Shown piece after piece: positions 25,878-36,200 of a stretch of DNA of 46,525 bases. Each line of letters opens with the position of its first letter. Within the stretch, counting starts at the first letter, position 1. A program made the translations under genes and the position numbers. The stretch spans positions 1 to 46,525 of the forward strand of contig JBJURY010333269.1 in assembly GCA_046269625.1 (NCBI GenBank). The letters run 5' to 3'. The notes under the pieces are model-generated. The model was not told where the DNA came from, made no database searches, and was given only the letters and a program-made list of their open reading frames with translations. Origin of the DNA: Hausera hauseri. Lineage: Eukaryota.

Positions 25878-26671
25878 CAATTGGCGCCTTGCTTAAGTAA
25901 TTAAGCAATGAAAACTGCGTGAATTGCTGGAAAGCTAAGGAGAAATCTAAGCCAATCAGCAGCCAAGCCTGATGCGTTTTGTAGATAAACCTATAGGAAC
26001 AAGATATAAGCATTAGGAAGGTTCAGAGACTATCCCGTGGTGGGAGTAGGTGTCAAGTGGCATCGAAGCGCGCAGCAACCTACTAGGTTGATGATATAGT
26101 CCGATCTTCTTGGAAACAGGAAGAAGTATGAAATTATATGAGATAAGAAATTCAGAGAATGATGTAGTATATGTAGGTGTTACAAGGTCTACATTAGCAG
26201 CTCGTTTTCGCGGTCACAAGTTCTATGCTAAAACAAAGACAACACCATTGTATAATGCAATGCGTAAATATGGATTTGAAAACTTCTATATACAACTTGT
26301 GTCAGAATTTGAAACAGAAGAAGAAATGCTTGCAGCAGAGATAGAGAAGATCAAATTCTATCGTGATTCAGGTGTTAAATGTTATAACGTGTCTAACGGT
26401 GGTGAAGCACATTTCGAGGTGGTTGATAAGCCAGCTTGGATTGAGAAACTAAAAAATGCACGTAAGGGTAGAAAACCGGCTCAAGGAATGAGCCATACAG
26501 ACGAGAATAAGAAGTTATTCTCTGAATATGGTAAAGCTCGCTGGGATAAATACGGACGATACCCTGATGATATTATTCTTCTGAAATTTACTGAAGCCAA
26601 AGAGAAATATGGTATTAGTAAAACTCATTATTACAGACTGGTTAAGGCTAACGACCTTAATTGAACTTTTG
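25878..26671 (+). mobile_element. Group I self-splicing intron (IA2-like), 794 nt
   Basis: P1 gcgU/caatt/Ggcgc with a U.G splice pair; P2 TTGCTTAA-GTAA-TTAAGCAA; P3 CTGCGT/GCGCAG. P AATTGCTGGAAA, Q AATCAGCAGC, R GTTCAGAGACTA, S GATATAGTCC; P7.1/P7.2 hairpins; terminal G 26671. Splicing restores TCVKPSGT in frame. Confidence 0.95.
26128..26664 (+). CDS. Intron-encoded GIY-YIG homing endonuclease with NUMOD3-like motif
   Basis: LYEI..VYVGVT..RF..H, E, YN; GMSHTDENKK. Confidence 0.9.
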   Translation: MKLYEIRNSENDVVYVGVTRSTLAARFRGHKFYAKTKTTPLYNAMRKYGFENFYIQLVSEFETEEEMLAAEIEKIKFYRDSGVKCYNVSNGGEAHFEVVDKPAWIEKLKNARKGRKPAQGMSHTDENKKLFSEYGKARWDKYGRYPDDIILLKFTEAKEKYGISKTHYYRLVKANDLN

Positions 26672-27257
26672 CAAACCCAGCGGAACCCTCAGTAAAGTCA
26701 TGGACACGACTGAGGGCGTACACAAGCCCCTGGGACGATACATCTTCAATAACGTTAACTTCGGAAAGCATGACCCGCTTGTTTCTCTCTGCCGAGAAGC
26801 TGGATATAAAGTAGTTCCTAATCCTTCTGATCCAGAAGCTGTGTTGATTACTTTCCCTGTCAAGTGGGACACTGTGAAGTTTGACACTGTTGATGGTGTG
26901 GATGTTAATATCGAATCTGCTATTAGCCAGCTTGAACGCTATAAGATGTTGATGGAGAATTGGTGTCAACAGAATGTCAGTATGACTGTTAGTTATTCAG
27001 TGGAGGAAGTAGATGGGATTGTGGAATGGCTACATGCTAATTGGGATTATTATGTTGGAGTATCTTTCCTGTTTCGGACTGACCCAACCAAGACAGCAGA
27101 AGACCTTGGATACAAGTACCTTCCACAAGCAGTCGTAACCAAGAAAGAATACGAAGAATATGTAGAGGGTTTACTCCCAGTTAATCTAAATACAGAATTT
27201 GATATGGATGAAGAATTGGAACCAGATTGTTCCACCGGCGCGTGTCCCATCAGGTAG
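26672..27257 (+). CDS. nrdJ: Class II ribonucleotide reductase, exon 2
   Basis: KPSGTLSK..EGVH; C-terminal redox pair CSTGACPIR. Spliced product is 651 aa. Confidence 0.9.
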
Positions 27258-27321
27258 GTCTGTAGATTTTTAAACAATTCCTAGGTTTGCTAAGAGAAGC
27301 AATAAAATATTTGGAGAAATA

Positions 27322-27555
27322 ATGGAAACGCGAATTCAAGGAGGTTGTGTAGCTACTGGCCCAGGCTCATATGTCTACAAGTATTTCACTGAAGAAGGGG
27401 ATCATACGGTAGAATTCATTTCTGCTACAGTTCCTAAGATTGGTGATTTGATTGTGAATGGTGTTCTTCAACCTCTGGAAGAACCTCTCACTAATCAAGA
27501 TCATTCTCGATGGATTAAGCAACCACGAGATACATGGCCTGAGAATAAGTTTTAG
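27322..27555 (+). CDS. Hypothetical protein (77 aa)
   Basis: GGAG RBS; last gene of the plus arm. Confidence 0.7.
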   Translation: METRIQGGCVATGPGSYVYKYFTEEGDHTVEFISATVPKIGDLIVNGVLQPLEEPLTNQDHSRWIKQPRDTWPENKF

Positions 27556-27556
27556 A

Positions 27557-27604
27557 CAAAAATAAACCCCCTAGGGCTCAACACCTTAGGGGGTTTTGTC
27601 GTTT
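27557..27604. terminator. Bidirectional rho-independent terminator between the converging arms
   Basis: AAACCCCCTAGGG-loop-CCTTAGGGGGTTT, with an A-tract on the left and a T-tract on the right. Confidence 0.88.
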
Positions 27605-27860
27605 ATGGGGCTAACCAATAAGCTAGCTCCAAATCATTAATATCTTCAAATGCAAATCCAAGAGACTTGAAGTAGTCTCGCTTAATATCATTTAAGCTCC
27701 CTACACCTGTAGGATACAAGAACAACCACAGATCACGTTCCTTAGCTGTACGACTGGATGTAGTAGCCTGAATGAACGCTAGAAAACGATCATCAATACT
27801 TCCTGTATACCCTAGCGTGCCTAGCTTATTGTACTTGGCATCGTTTAATACACCATTCAT
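27603..27860 (-). CDS. Hypothetical late protein (85 aa)
   Basis: AAGGA RBS. Confidence 0.75.
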   Translation of the reverse strand: MNGVLNDAKYNKLGTLGYTGSIDDRFLAFIQATTSSRTAKERDLWLFLYPTGVGSLNDIKRDYFKSLGFAFEDINDLELAYWLAP

Positions 27861-27868
27861 ATATTTCC

Positions 27869-28261
27869 TTAAAATACAGCCACATCTACAACAGCAGCAT
27901 TAACTAACACTGTAGCGGCTAGAAGAACGTCAATTCCTAGAAGACTGACAGCATTAGTTTGATAGACCGTCACTGTAAGCCCTGTCAAGCTATTAGCCGT
28001 AACTAATACACGTTGACTAGGAAGGCCACCAATAATCTGTGCCTGAATATTTGGTAGGACAAAGAATGGTGTAGGATAAACCACTGACGCTACACCAGAA
28101 GCATTCGTGGTTAGCCTATAAACAAGCTTAGGAGCAGATGCTCCAGCAGGGCCTGTAGCTCCTTGAATACCTACACCATCAGCTCCTGCTGCTCCTTGAG
28201 GCCCCTGCGGGCCAGGAACTTGAGGAACATACACCCAATATGGTCTATTTTGATTTGCCAC
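27869..28261 (-). CDS. Collagen-repeat virion fibre/decoration protein
   Basis: Probable GTG start at 28261 after GGAG; GPQGPQGAAGADG..GATGPAGA followed by a beta-rich domain. Confidence 0.7.
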   Translation of the reverse strand: MANQNRPYWVYVPQVPGPQGPQGAAGADGVGIQGATGPAGASAPKLVYRLTTNASGVASVVYPTPFFVLPNIQAQIIGGLPSQRVLVTANSLTGLTVTVYQTNAVSLLGIDVLLAATVLVNAAVVDVAVF

Positions 28262-28385
28262 GATGCTTAAAATACTCCACTTGTTGTAGACGCTTCTTAG
28301 CTTGTGCTTTGGAGAGGTTAGGCTTAGACATATTCTTACCACTCTCACTCTTCACCTGATACCCTTTAGACGTTTTCTTGATCAT
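28245..28385 (-). CDS. Small basic phage protein (46 aa), below the ORF-track cut-off
   Basis: MIKKTSKGYQVKSESGKNMSKPNLSKAQAKKRLQQVEYFKHRGKSK; GGAG RBS. Confidence 0.7.
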   Translation of the reverse strand: MIKKTSKGYQVKSESGKNMSKPNLSKAQAKKRLQQVEYFKHRGKSK

Positions 28386-28566
28386 TTATCACTCCCTTCT
28401 GAGCAACATTCGCAACGCTATAGACAGTAAGAGCCCCGCCTACAAGACCTGCATAGATAGTTGCTGTGATGAAGCCTAGCACCAGAAGACCTGATGCTAA
28501 TAGGATTACAAGAAGAGATAGAATGAATTTACGACTAAGGTATTTACTTTCGCTTTCGTTTGTCAT
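28366..28566 (-). CDS. Holin-like two-TM protein
   Basis: YLSRKFILSLLVIL...; two hydrophobic segments. Confidence 0.6.
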   Translation of the reverse strand: MTNESESKYLSRKFILSLLVILLASGLLVLGFITATIYAGLVGGALTVYSVANVAQKGVINDQENV

Positions 28567-28816
28567 ATTGATTCATAGCCCTGTTCTTCCCAGCAGATAA
28601 CACTTGCGTATTACCTTTCTTATTGTTGCGAGGGTTGGAGTCTTTATGATCAATATCCTTCCCATCACCCTTTTTAACTCGTCCGTCCTTCATAGCTTCA
28701 GCACGGGCTTGATTACGAGAGGCTCGATCCTTCTTGCTAGAAGGTTTAGAATTGTATTTACGCTGACGGATAGAATCTGCCGTAGCTGTCTTTGAGTATT
28801 CACCTTTTTTCGGCAT
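28544..28816 (-). CDS. Small basic HNH-motif protein
   Basis: KGDGKDIDHKDSNPRNNKKGN..NR; AAGGAG RBS. Confidence 0.75.
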   Translation of the reverse strand: MPKKGEYSKTATADSIRQRKYNSKPSSKKDRASRNQARAEAMKDGRVKKGDGKDIDHKDSNPRNNKKGNTQVLSAGKNRAMNQYDKRKRK

Positions 28817-28826
28817 ATTCTACTCC

Positions 28827-29498
28827 TTAAAACTTAGAAGCAAATCGCTGCTTCACTTCGTCTACAGTACGGGCAACACCCTTATTGTAGAACACGCTTC
28901 TGTTTGATCTAGCGGCAGCATCAGAAACGTGATCGATAGCCTTGGCATTGCCAGGAGCCTTGATAAAATCTCCAGCCGCATTCTTTCCTAGGAAGTGATA
29001 CAGATACAATTCGGTCTCAGTAGGACTACGGCCTAAATCAGCCTTAGCCTTAGCCTCATTACCTTTAGTGAGGAATTTAAACACTTCCCTACTCTTCTCT
29101 ACGTCCTTGCGATCTGCTAGAGAATAGTTCTTCCCCATTTGATTAACAGCTTCTCTCCATGTACTAGCGGTAAATTGATGCAGTCCAGTAGCTGTACTAT
29201 TAGGATTCTTAGCCTCAGGATTGTATCCGCTCTCCACTCCCTCAAGCTTAGTCATGAAGGAATCGGCCACTGTGGTAGGTGTAACCACCTTTCCCTGAGC
29301 TGTAGGATTAGAACGAGGCTTCTCCTTCCAATCCATCTCCCAAGGCATTTTAAGGCCCTTTACAGCGTTAATCACAGTGGAGACAATACCTCCACCACCT
29401 GAAGTCTCAGGAGAAGCTTGTGAGGGCTTTAAATCCCACTTCTCCTGCCAAGGCATAATCTCAGGAGCAGCTTCCGCTGGCTTATTTTCCTGCGCCAT
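28827..29498 (-). CDS. Lytic transglycosylase (SLT-like), probably virion-associated
   Basis: VESGYNPEAKNPNSTATGLHQFTASTW, LYLYHFLG. Confidence 0.88.
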   Translation of the reverse strand: MAQENKPAEAAPEIMPWQEKWDLKPSQASPETSGGGGIVSTVINAVKGLKMPWEMDWKEKPRSNPTAQGKVVTPTTVADSFMTKLEGVESGYNPEAKNPNSTATGLHQFTASTWREAVNQMGKNYSLADRKDVEKSREVFKFLTKGNEAKAKADLGRSPTETELYLYHFLGKNAAGDFIKAPGNAKAIDHVSDAAARSNRSVFYNKGVARTVDEVKQRFASKF

Positions 29499-31350
29499 TC
29501 ACCTTCTCCCAGCTAGATTGCTTATTAGCATCGCCACCCATATAGCGCATACCATTCTTAATAGCCCCAATCTCTAGGTTAGAATACTTAGAGAAGAGCG
29601 TTGGGAAGTAGATGTGCTTATTGTTCTCCCAATACTTCTGATAATCAGTAGTACCTTCCATGTGAGCACCAATGTGAATCAATTGGTTAATAGCTTGTGT
29701 GGAAGTTTGGAGAGTAGCAATCTTAGTAGCTTGATCTTGACGTTCTGTAGGATCAAGAGTGGCAGTGTTCTTAGGAACAAACTTAATACCACTACCAGAG
29801 AATTGCACTTCTAGATTATCACCAAGAGCCTTAGGCTGATATTCTTTACCCACTTGTTTATTAGTGGTATAGAGATAGTCATCCAGCTTCTGTTGAACGC
29901 CTTGAATAACAGCAGGTTCATACTTAAGCTGGAACACCTTAGAGGCAGCCTGAGCAGCTTGAGGCTCCATAGCACCGCTGGTGGCGAGCTTGCCATATTC
30001 AGGACTAGCGAAGAAGCTAGCCATCGTAGACAAGTCCTTAGGAGATGGGCCTTTATCAATCAAGTCTCCAACCTGCTTCAGAATGACGTTAGCACTATTA
30101 GTAGTTTCAATCTGAGTACGGTTCCACTGCGGCAGATTCTTATCCTCCAGCTTACGCACAGAAGCTTTCAGGAGGTCCGTAGCACTCTTTTCCACATCTC
30201 CTTGACCCACCACCTGAGGCGTAGTAAAATTAGCACCGCCAGGAGGAATAGTAGCAATAGTCGCTAGGATGTTAGCCACTTGAGGCTGCATACCAAGAGC
30301 CACTTGAGGATTATTACCAAACAGATTGCTAGTAGCCACAAGAGCGGCCGTCTTAGGATCAGCCACAATCGTAAGCTTAGCACGAGTAATAACGTTCTGA
30401 AGCTCGCTCTGAAGATTCTCAGAACGTGTCTTAGGATCGAGCTGACGCTTATACAGATCATTCATCTCACTGAACAAGCTACGATAACTAGAGGCAAGCT
30501 CTGGATTCATAGCAGCAGCAGATTGAATGCCTGCATTGATACGAGTGAATTGAGAAGCAAGCTGAATCTGAGCCTTCTCAGGAGTGGTTTTACCAGCATC
30601 AAGCTGTGCCACCAAGTCAGAACCCATAGCACCGAAAGCATCAACGTTAGCACCAGCAAGCTCATTAATCAGGAGAACACTTTGTTGCTTCTGAGCCCTA
30701 TCTTGCAGGGAATTGTTGAAATTAATCTGATCACGAGCAGCAGAGCCTTGAGCCCTAATCTCACTATTCTGAGCACGAGCCTCAGTGTTCTGACGCACCA
30801 TACGTCCAAAGGCATCATCCATACGCCGACTAGCTTGAAAGGCTTCTAGCTGAGCTTGCTGAGCAGCAGGGCTCATATTATCATCAATGACATAGCCAGC
30901 AGCTTGAGCATCCTTCTTCAGAGTGTTAGTGCGTTCAGCCTGTGCCTTCACTTGATCCTGTACAGCTTCCTGAGAACCATATCCTCGGAGGGCTTCTCCA
31001 GCCTGCTTAATCTTTTGAATGTAAGCAGGATTGGAGGCAGCATAGCTGGAGAAATTAGCACGAGAACGTGTAGCAGCTTCTGAGGCAGAAATCTGGCCTG
31101 TCTTAGCAGCGTCAGCAATTTCATTCTCACGCTTAACATATTGACCTACCACTTCTGCTTCAGCAGCATCCTTAGAGTTTTGTTGGCCCTTATTAATAGC
31201 GGTGGAGAGGATATCGCTAACCCCCCCAAGCGCGGTAACAAAGGCACCATTAGTATCAACAAAAGCTTTCTGGACAGGGCTAGTAGCTTGTGTGCCTGTC
31301 AGGTCGGCAGGACCGAGTGCTGTAACATCGGCACCAAATTGTGTAGCCAT
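29482..31350 (-). CDS. Internal virion (ejection) protein, 622 aa
   Basis: A/Q-rich helical protein; position in the podovirus ejection module. Confidence 0.7.
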   Translation of the reverse strand: MATQFGADVTALGPADLTGTQATSPVQKAFVDTNGAFVTALGGVSDILSTAINKGQQNSKDAAEAEVVGQYVKRENEIADAAKTGQISASEAATRSRANFSSYAASNPAYIQKIKQAGEALRGYGSQEAVQDQVKAQAERTNTLKKDAQAAGYVIDDNMSPAAQQAQLEAFQASRRMDDAFGRMVRQNTEARAQNSEIRAQGSAARDQINFNNSLQDRAQKQQSVLLINELAGANVDAFGAMGSDLVAQLDAGKTTPEKAQIQLASQFTRINAGIQSAAAMNPELASSYRSLFSEMNDLYKRQLDPKTRSENLQSELQNVITRAKLTIVADPKTAALVATSNLFGNNPQVALGMQPQVANILATIATIPPGGANFTTPQVVGQGDVEKSATDLLKASVRKLEDKNLPQWNRTQIETTNSANVILKQVGDLIDKGPSPKDLSTMASFFASPEYGKLATSGAMEPQAAQAASKVFQLKYEPAVIQGVQQKLDDYLYTTNKQVGKEYQPKALGDNLEVQFSGSGIKFVPKNTATLDPTERQDQATKIATLQTSTQAINQLIHIGAHMEGTTDYQKYWENNKHIYFPTLFSKYSNLEIGAIKNGMRYMGGDANKQSSWEKVNGAGK

Positions 31351-31353
31351 CTT

Positions 31354-34300
31354 TTATTTCTTTCCAGGGTTAATAGCCGCACGGGCCTTATTCATATCTT
31401 CAATACGCTGCATAAGCATGCTCTTCTGTGCATCATCAATAGGGGCTTGGAGAATCAAATCCTTCAACCCTTGTTGACCCTTGATACCAGAAGCATCAAA
31501 CATTTGCTTCAGAAGCTGTGTGTCTGTACTAAGCATGTCCTTAGCCCATTGATCATAAATGATTTGTTGAGCCTGCGGATCATCAGCATACGCCTTCAAA
31601 GCCCAGCCTGTAACGCCTGTAATGTAACGAGGATCAGCGTTAGTAGTCTCAAACTTCTCTTGGTAATATCGCTTGATATCGTTATAATTCTTCAACACTT
31701 CATCTTTGTATGCTTTAGAATTCTTGCGAAGTTCTTGGCTAATCTCATAGAGCTTCTTCTCATCCTGTGTACTGAAACCAAGAGCTTGAGCGAATGCTTC
31801 TACAGACGTAACAGAATTGTCTGTCACTCGTCCATATTGATCCACCTTCTTCTTAGTTTCCAGCATCAGTCTAGCCTTGACAGCGTTATTCCATCCAGAG
31901 CTAATCTTAGCCACATCATTCAGCATGCCAAGGAACTCCTCTGGCTCTTGATCAATAGGATCAATAATAGAGAAATAGCGCCCCATAGATTGCAGAGCAA
32001 CAGGAATACGACCACCATCCTTGAGGAACAGTTGACCAGCAGGGCTATTAAGACCCATCTTAATCAAGCCACCTTCTAACAGAGCATGGTACATCTTAGA
32101 CCAGCCTGTCAGATCGTATGGAGCCATAGACGAGAAATCTACCTTACTACGCTCATCACCCGGCTGAGTGAACATAAGGTTGAGAGTTTCATTAAGAGCT
32201 AGGCTTTGATAACCATCCACCACCACTTCACGTAGCTTAGGATTGTCAGGCAGCACATCAGCACCAAGGAAGTAGCCGGCAGCAGCAGCGCCAGGAACTC
32301 CCCACAGAACAATATCAGCAGCCATCATACGAGCACGTACAGCCCTAGGAATCATTCGATTCGTAGACTGTAGATAAGCCTTCTGAGGAACTTGCATGAA
32401 TTGCAGGAAGATGGCAGGGCTAGTCTGGTTATACGGCATATCTCCAGCATAGTTCTGACCATACGTGATAGCTCGCAATTCAGCGGTCATCTGATCTTGA
32501 ATGTCCTTAGCTGCAATGTTGTAGCCAGCACGCTCATAACGATCAAATACAGCAGCAGCATGACCAAGCAAGTTTCCCATTTCACCAGCATTGAAGCCGA
32601 TTTGCTGAGGAGCATGTAGAGCCTGACGAGCAATCTGTCCAGCATGGCTAGTAGCATTAGCAGCTTCCATCAAGCTTCCACGAACCAGATTATGCTGGTC
32701 CACGTTAGACAGGAAGCCAGCTTTATTCACCCAGTTAGTGAAGGCAGTCTGTTTACCATTCTGCATAACCGAGTTCATATACTCAACCATCTTACCAGGG
32801 ATAGACCCAGTAATCCACCCTTGAGGGTTGTAGGCGAATGTACGAGTTACTTGATTCATCTGCACAATGATTTGACGCAGAGGGTTAGCAGCTAGATAGG
32901 CAGTGAACACACCCTTCTTCATAGATGCTGTGACATTGACATCAGCAACACGAGCCAGACCTCGTTCTAGCACAGCCTTATCAAGAGCTGTTCCAGTCTC
33001 ACCAACCCATTCACTCATTCCTTGGAAGAAGTTCTTAAACATGGTATCCATGCTATTGATGTATCCATTCTCCATATAGCCGACATATTCGTATGTTGTA
33101 CGAGCATCAGCAATTTCCTTGGAGCTGTATACACCCTTCTCACCAATCTCAGAGATGCTATTAGGCCAACGAGGGTTACCAAATTGATCCTTAGGGAACA
33201 CATCACCATACTGACGTACAGCACGAGTCTTAGTAGCTTCTAACCATGGACGACCAATCGTGCGAGCAGACACACTACGAGCAGAGGTAATAGCACTTTC
33301 GATAGGGTGGCGAATGAAATCTCCATCACCAATATGGTTAAGGCCAGAAGCATCTTCTAATTGTTGTCCACGAATACGTTGAGCAATACGGCCTTGTCCA
33401 GAAGACAAATCCCAATGTGTATCACTGTCACGAGCAGCTTGACGTACATCTCCACGAATCTTGAAATCATTAGGATTAAGCCCTTGGCTAGTCACCATAC
33501 GATCTATGAATCGCTGAGCTTGATCAGTATTACCAGCCACAGCCACAGCACGAGTATAAAGCTCTCGGCCAGCAGGATCACGGACCACTTGGTCCACAAA
33601 ACGAGGAGACTGATACGTAACCGTGTAATAACCATTTCGATAATTGAGAACACTGTCTGTATCCCTAATCTTACGGAAATATTCCTGAGCATTCTCACGA
33701 CTAATCATATACTCAACAGTCGTGCCATTTACATTGATAGGACGACGAAGCTTAGCATATGTACCACCAGCAGCATAGAGAGCATCTCCATCTGCCTTAG
33801 CATGAAGCACTACACCACCAGTAGATGGATCGAATAGCGTAACAATATTCTGGTCTTTAGCAACGGGACGAGCATAGAGCGTAGTGCCTGCATTATCCAT
33901 CACTTGGTAGCCATCGTGGTTCAGGCTACGAACCATATCATTGTTCTCTAGATAGAACTGACCATCCCAATACTTCTTCCAGCTACGCAGAGCACCAATC
34001 TCTTCAGCATTGAATCCACGAGCAGTTAAATCAGTAACATCAAAAGGAATATTATTGAAGTTGGCTTCTTTAATATAGTCATCAATCATAGCCTTAGAGG
34101 GCTTAGGAAGACGAACATATTGATTAGAGAATTCAGAAGCTTGCTCAAGCAACAGCTTACCGAAGCTAGCTGTACGATCAATCATAGAGAATGCACTACC
34201 AGCAATTGTAGGGTCAAGCATAGATGCTGGATCAAAAATCCAACGAGACAAGCTTCCCTTATCATTGCTCATAGTAGAAGCAAAGCGATCAAACCAATTA

Positions 34301-36192
34301 CGCTTTACATTCAGAACACTCCACTCCGGCACATCAGCAGCAGTAATTTCACTAGCAACATCAACACGAACAAGATAATTACCCGGTGCGTCACCAATCT
34401 GCGCCACATCTACTGGAACATATTCAAGCCCTTCATTACGCAGAACTGTAATATCTTCATCCTTAATCCCTTGACTACGAAGATTAAACTTAGCTTGCTC
34501 CATAGCCTGACGAGCGTTAGTAAACGGCCCATCGTCATTACCATAGACAGCACTGATCTTCATCCGCTGTCCGTCCATAGTGAACTGAGACATAGCAGGA
34601 TTAATTGTCAAGTTATTAGCGGCAGTGTAGCTATTAACAACAGCAGCACGACCAGCATGACGTTCTGCAGGAGTGAAATATGTCAGACCAGAATTATTCA
34701 TCTGTTCCATAATAGCAGGAGGAACATCAAGTTGTTCACGAGCTGCCTTATCAATATCACTCACCTTACCTTCAACATATCCAAGCCCTGTACCGATCTT
34801 AGGGAATAAATCCTTACCCAGAGCATCCACCTTATTAGTGCCATAAGCAGCTTCAGCCATCTCCTCCGTAGGAGAATTGAGCACCATAGCGTGAATCTCA
34901 CGAGCACGTTCAGGATTCGCTGACGCGACGATAGCAGCAGGAGAAGCAGGATTATCCTCACCACTAATAGCGTTCTTTTCTACACGCTCCATACGATCAT
35001 AGGTGAGACGGCGATTCTGACTCACCTTAGCTTCTACATCAGTTACATCACCAATCTGTGGTTGAGCAGGTCCACCAATGCGACGCTCTTCAGGGATAAT
35101 AGGATACACCTCATCATACCCCTTCGTAGCAGGCACACCAGCCTTTACCTTAGGCTCTACGTCACTTACCCCTTGACCAGCCCCACGAGCCCGCTGAGAG
35201 GCCATAAAGGCCGCTTCTGAACGACTAGCTGTAGAGGCTTCCTCAAAGGCCATGCCAGCTACTTTAGCAGCTTTACCGCCACCTCTAGTAAGCTGTCCAA
35301 TGCCAATAATGTCCAGTAGGGGACTAATATTTTCAATAAATTCTTGTGTACCACTGTAACCACCTTGGGCAAAGATGCTACTAGCTTTTTCAAATTGCGC
35401 ATATTGATTGTCTGTAGAAAAGATAATACCGCTATTCTGTCTGATTGAGTCAACAATCTGTTGCGCAAATTCAACACGTTTCTCCGGAGGAATAGCGGCC
35501 AATTTCTCCGACAATCCAGCAGAAGCACTTCCACCGAATACATAATTCTTAAGCTTCTTCCAGAAGCTGGCACCACCAGTCTTCTCATCCACACCTGTAG
35601 CTACTTGCCCTGCCAAGATATTATTAGCAAATGGGAACAGATTGCTCTCCACTGCTTCAGCTACTGTACGCACATCACCATCACGAAGACTAGCAGCATG
35701 TGCATTAACAATCCCTTGAATATCCCTACGACTACGATAGATGTTATTCACAGCATCAGCCGTAGAGATACGAGCATCCTCATGCTCAATCGTTTCACCC
35801 TTGCTAGGGCTCTCCAGATTCTTAGAGAAGAGGGTCATGCCTAGATCGCTAGCAATAGGGTTGTTAGCAATCCCTTGAACAGCAGCCCTCTTTTGTTCAT
35901 AAGAATATCGAGGATCAGACAAGATCATCATTGTGGTCTTCATGTCTGTCTGCTTGGAATTATCCAGAGCAAGCTTCTGTCCAGCCTTAATCATGCTGTC
36001 GTCTCCGCCCTGAGCTTGCATTACCATAAGCTGGTAATCTTCCACAGGATTAGGAGAAGTCATCGCAACTTGAGCAGCACGATTCTTAATAGATTTTTCA
36101 GGATAGGAAGGGAGAGGAGTAGCCTCTACCACCGACCCTAGATCAACAGGCTGGCTTTCAGCCCCGAACATCTCATCAACAAAGTTTGTCAT
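31354..36192 (-). CDS. Large internal virion (ejection) protein, 1612 aa
   Basis: Size and synteny. Confidence 0.75.
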   Translation of the reverse strand: MTNFVDEMFGAESQPVDLGSVVEATPLPSYPEKSIKNRAAQVAMTSPNPVEDYQLMVMQAQGGDDSMIKAGQKLALDNSKQTDMKTTMMILSDPRYSYEQKRAAVQGIANNPIASDLGMTLFSKNLESPSKGETIEHEDARISTADAVNNIYRSRRDIQGIVNAHAASLRDGDVRTVAEAVESNLFPFANNILAGQVATGVDEKTGGASFWKKLKNYVFGGSASAGLSEKLAAIPPEKRVEFAQQIVDSIRQNSGIIFSTDNQYAQFEKASSIFAQGGYSGTQEFIENISPLLDIIGIGQLTRGGGKAAKVAGMAFEEASTASRSEAAFMASQRARGAGQGVSDVEPKVKAGVPATKGYDEVYPIIPEERRIGGPAQPQIGDVTDVEAKVSQNRRLTYDRMERVEKNAISGEDNPASPAAIVASANPERAREIHAMVLNSPTEEMAEAAYGTNKVDALGKDLFPKIGTGLGYVEGKVSDIDKAAREQLDVPPAIMEQMNNSGLTYFTPAERHAGRAAVVNSYTAANNLTINPAMSQFTMDGQRMKISAVYGNDDGPFTNARQAMEQAKFNLRSQGIKDEDITVLRNEGLEYVPVDVAQIGDAPGNYLVRVDVASEITAADVPEWSVLNVKRNWFDRFASTMSNDKGSLSRWIFDPASMLDPTIAGSAFSMIDRTASFGKLLLEQASEFSNQYVRLPKPSKAMIDDYIKEANFNNIPFDVTDLTARGFNAEEIGALRSWKKYWDGQFYLENNDMVRSLNHDGYQVMDNAGTTLYARPVAKDQNIVTLFDPSTGGVVLHAKADGDALYAAGGTYAKLRRPINVNGTTVEYMISRENAQEYFRKIRDTDSVLNYRNGYYTVTYQSPRFVDQVVRDPAGRELYTRAVAVAGNTDQAQRFIDRMVTSQGLNPNDFKIRGDVRQAARDSDTHWDLSSGQGRIAQRIRGQQLEDASGLNHIGDGDFIRHPIESAITSARSVSARTIGRPWLEATKTRAVRQYGDVFPKDQFGNPRWPNSISEIGEKGVYSSKEIADARTTYEYVGYMENGYINSMDTMFKNFFQGMSEWVGETGTALDKAVLERGLARVADVNVTASMKKGVFTAYLAANPLRQIIVQMNQVTRTFAYNPQGWITGSIPGKMVEYMNSVMQNGKQTAFTNWVNKAGFLSNVDQHNLVRGSLMEAANATSHAGQIARQALHAPQQIGFNAGEMGNLLGHAAAVFDRYERAGYNIAAKDIQDQMTAELRAITYGQNYAGDMPYNQTSPAIFLQFMQVPQKAYLQSTNRMIPRAVRARMMAADIVLWGVPGAAAAGYFLGADVLPDNPKLREVVVDGYQSLALNETLNLMFTQPGDERSKVDFSSMAPYDLTGWSKMYHALLEGGLIKMGLNSPAGQLFLKDGGRIPVALQSMGRYFSIIDPIDQEPEEFLGMLNDVAKISSGWNNAVKARLMLETKKKVDQYGRVTDNSVTSVEAFAQALGFSTQDEKKLYEISQELRKNSKAYKDEVLKNYNDIKRYYQEKFETTNADPRYITGVTGWALKAYADDPQAQQIIYDQWAKDMLSTDTQLLKQMFDASGIKGQQGLKDLILQAPIDDAQKSMLMQRIEDMNKARAAINPGKK

Positions 36193-36200
36193 TCTAGACC

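Noticed and set aside
26110-26127. GIY-YIG start at TTG 26110 and a separate nrdJ 'gene' starting at 26661
   Set aside because: 26110 lies within intron P9, so ATG 26128 is preferred. The 26661 ORF is exon 2 preceded by intron sequence.
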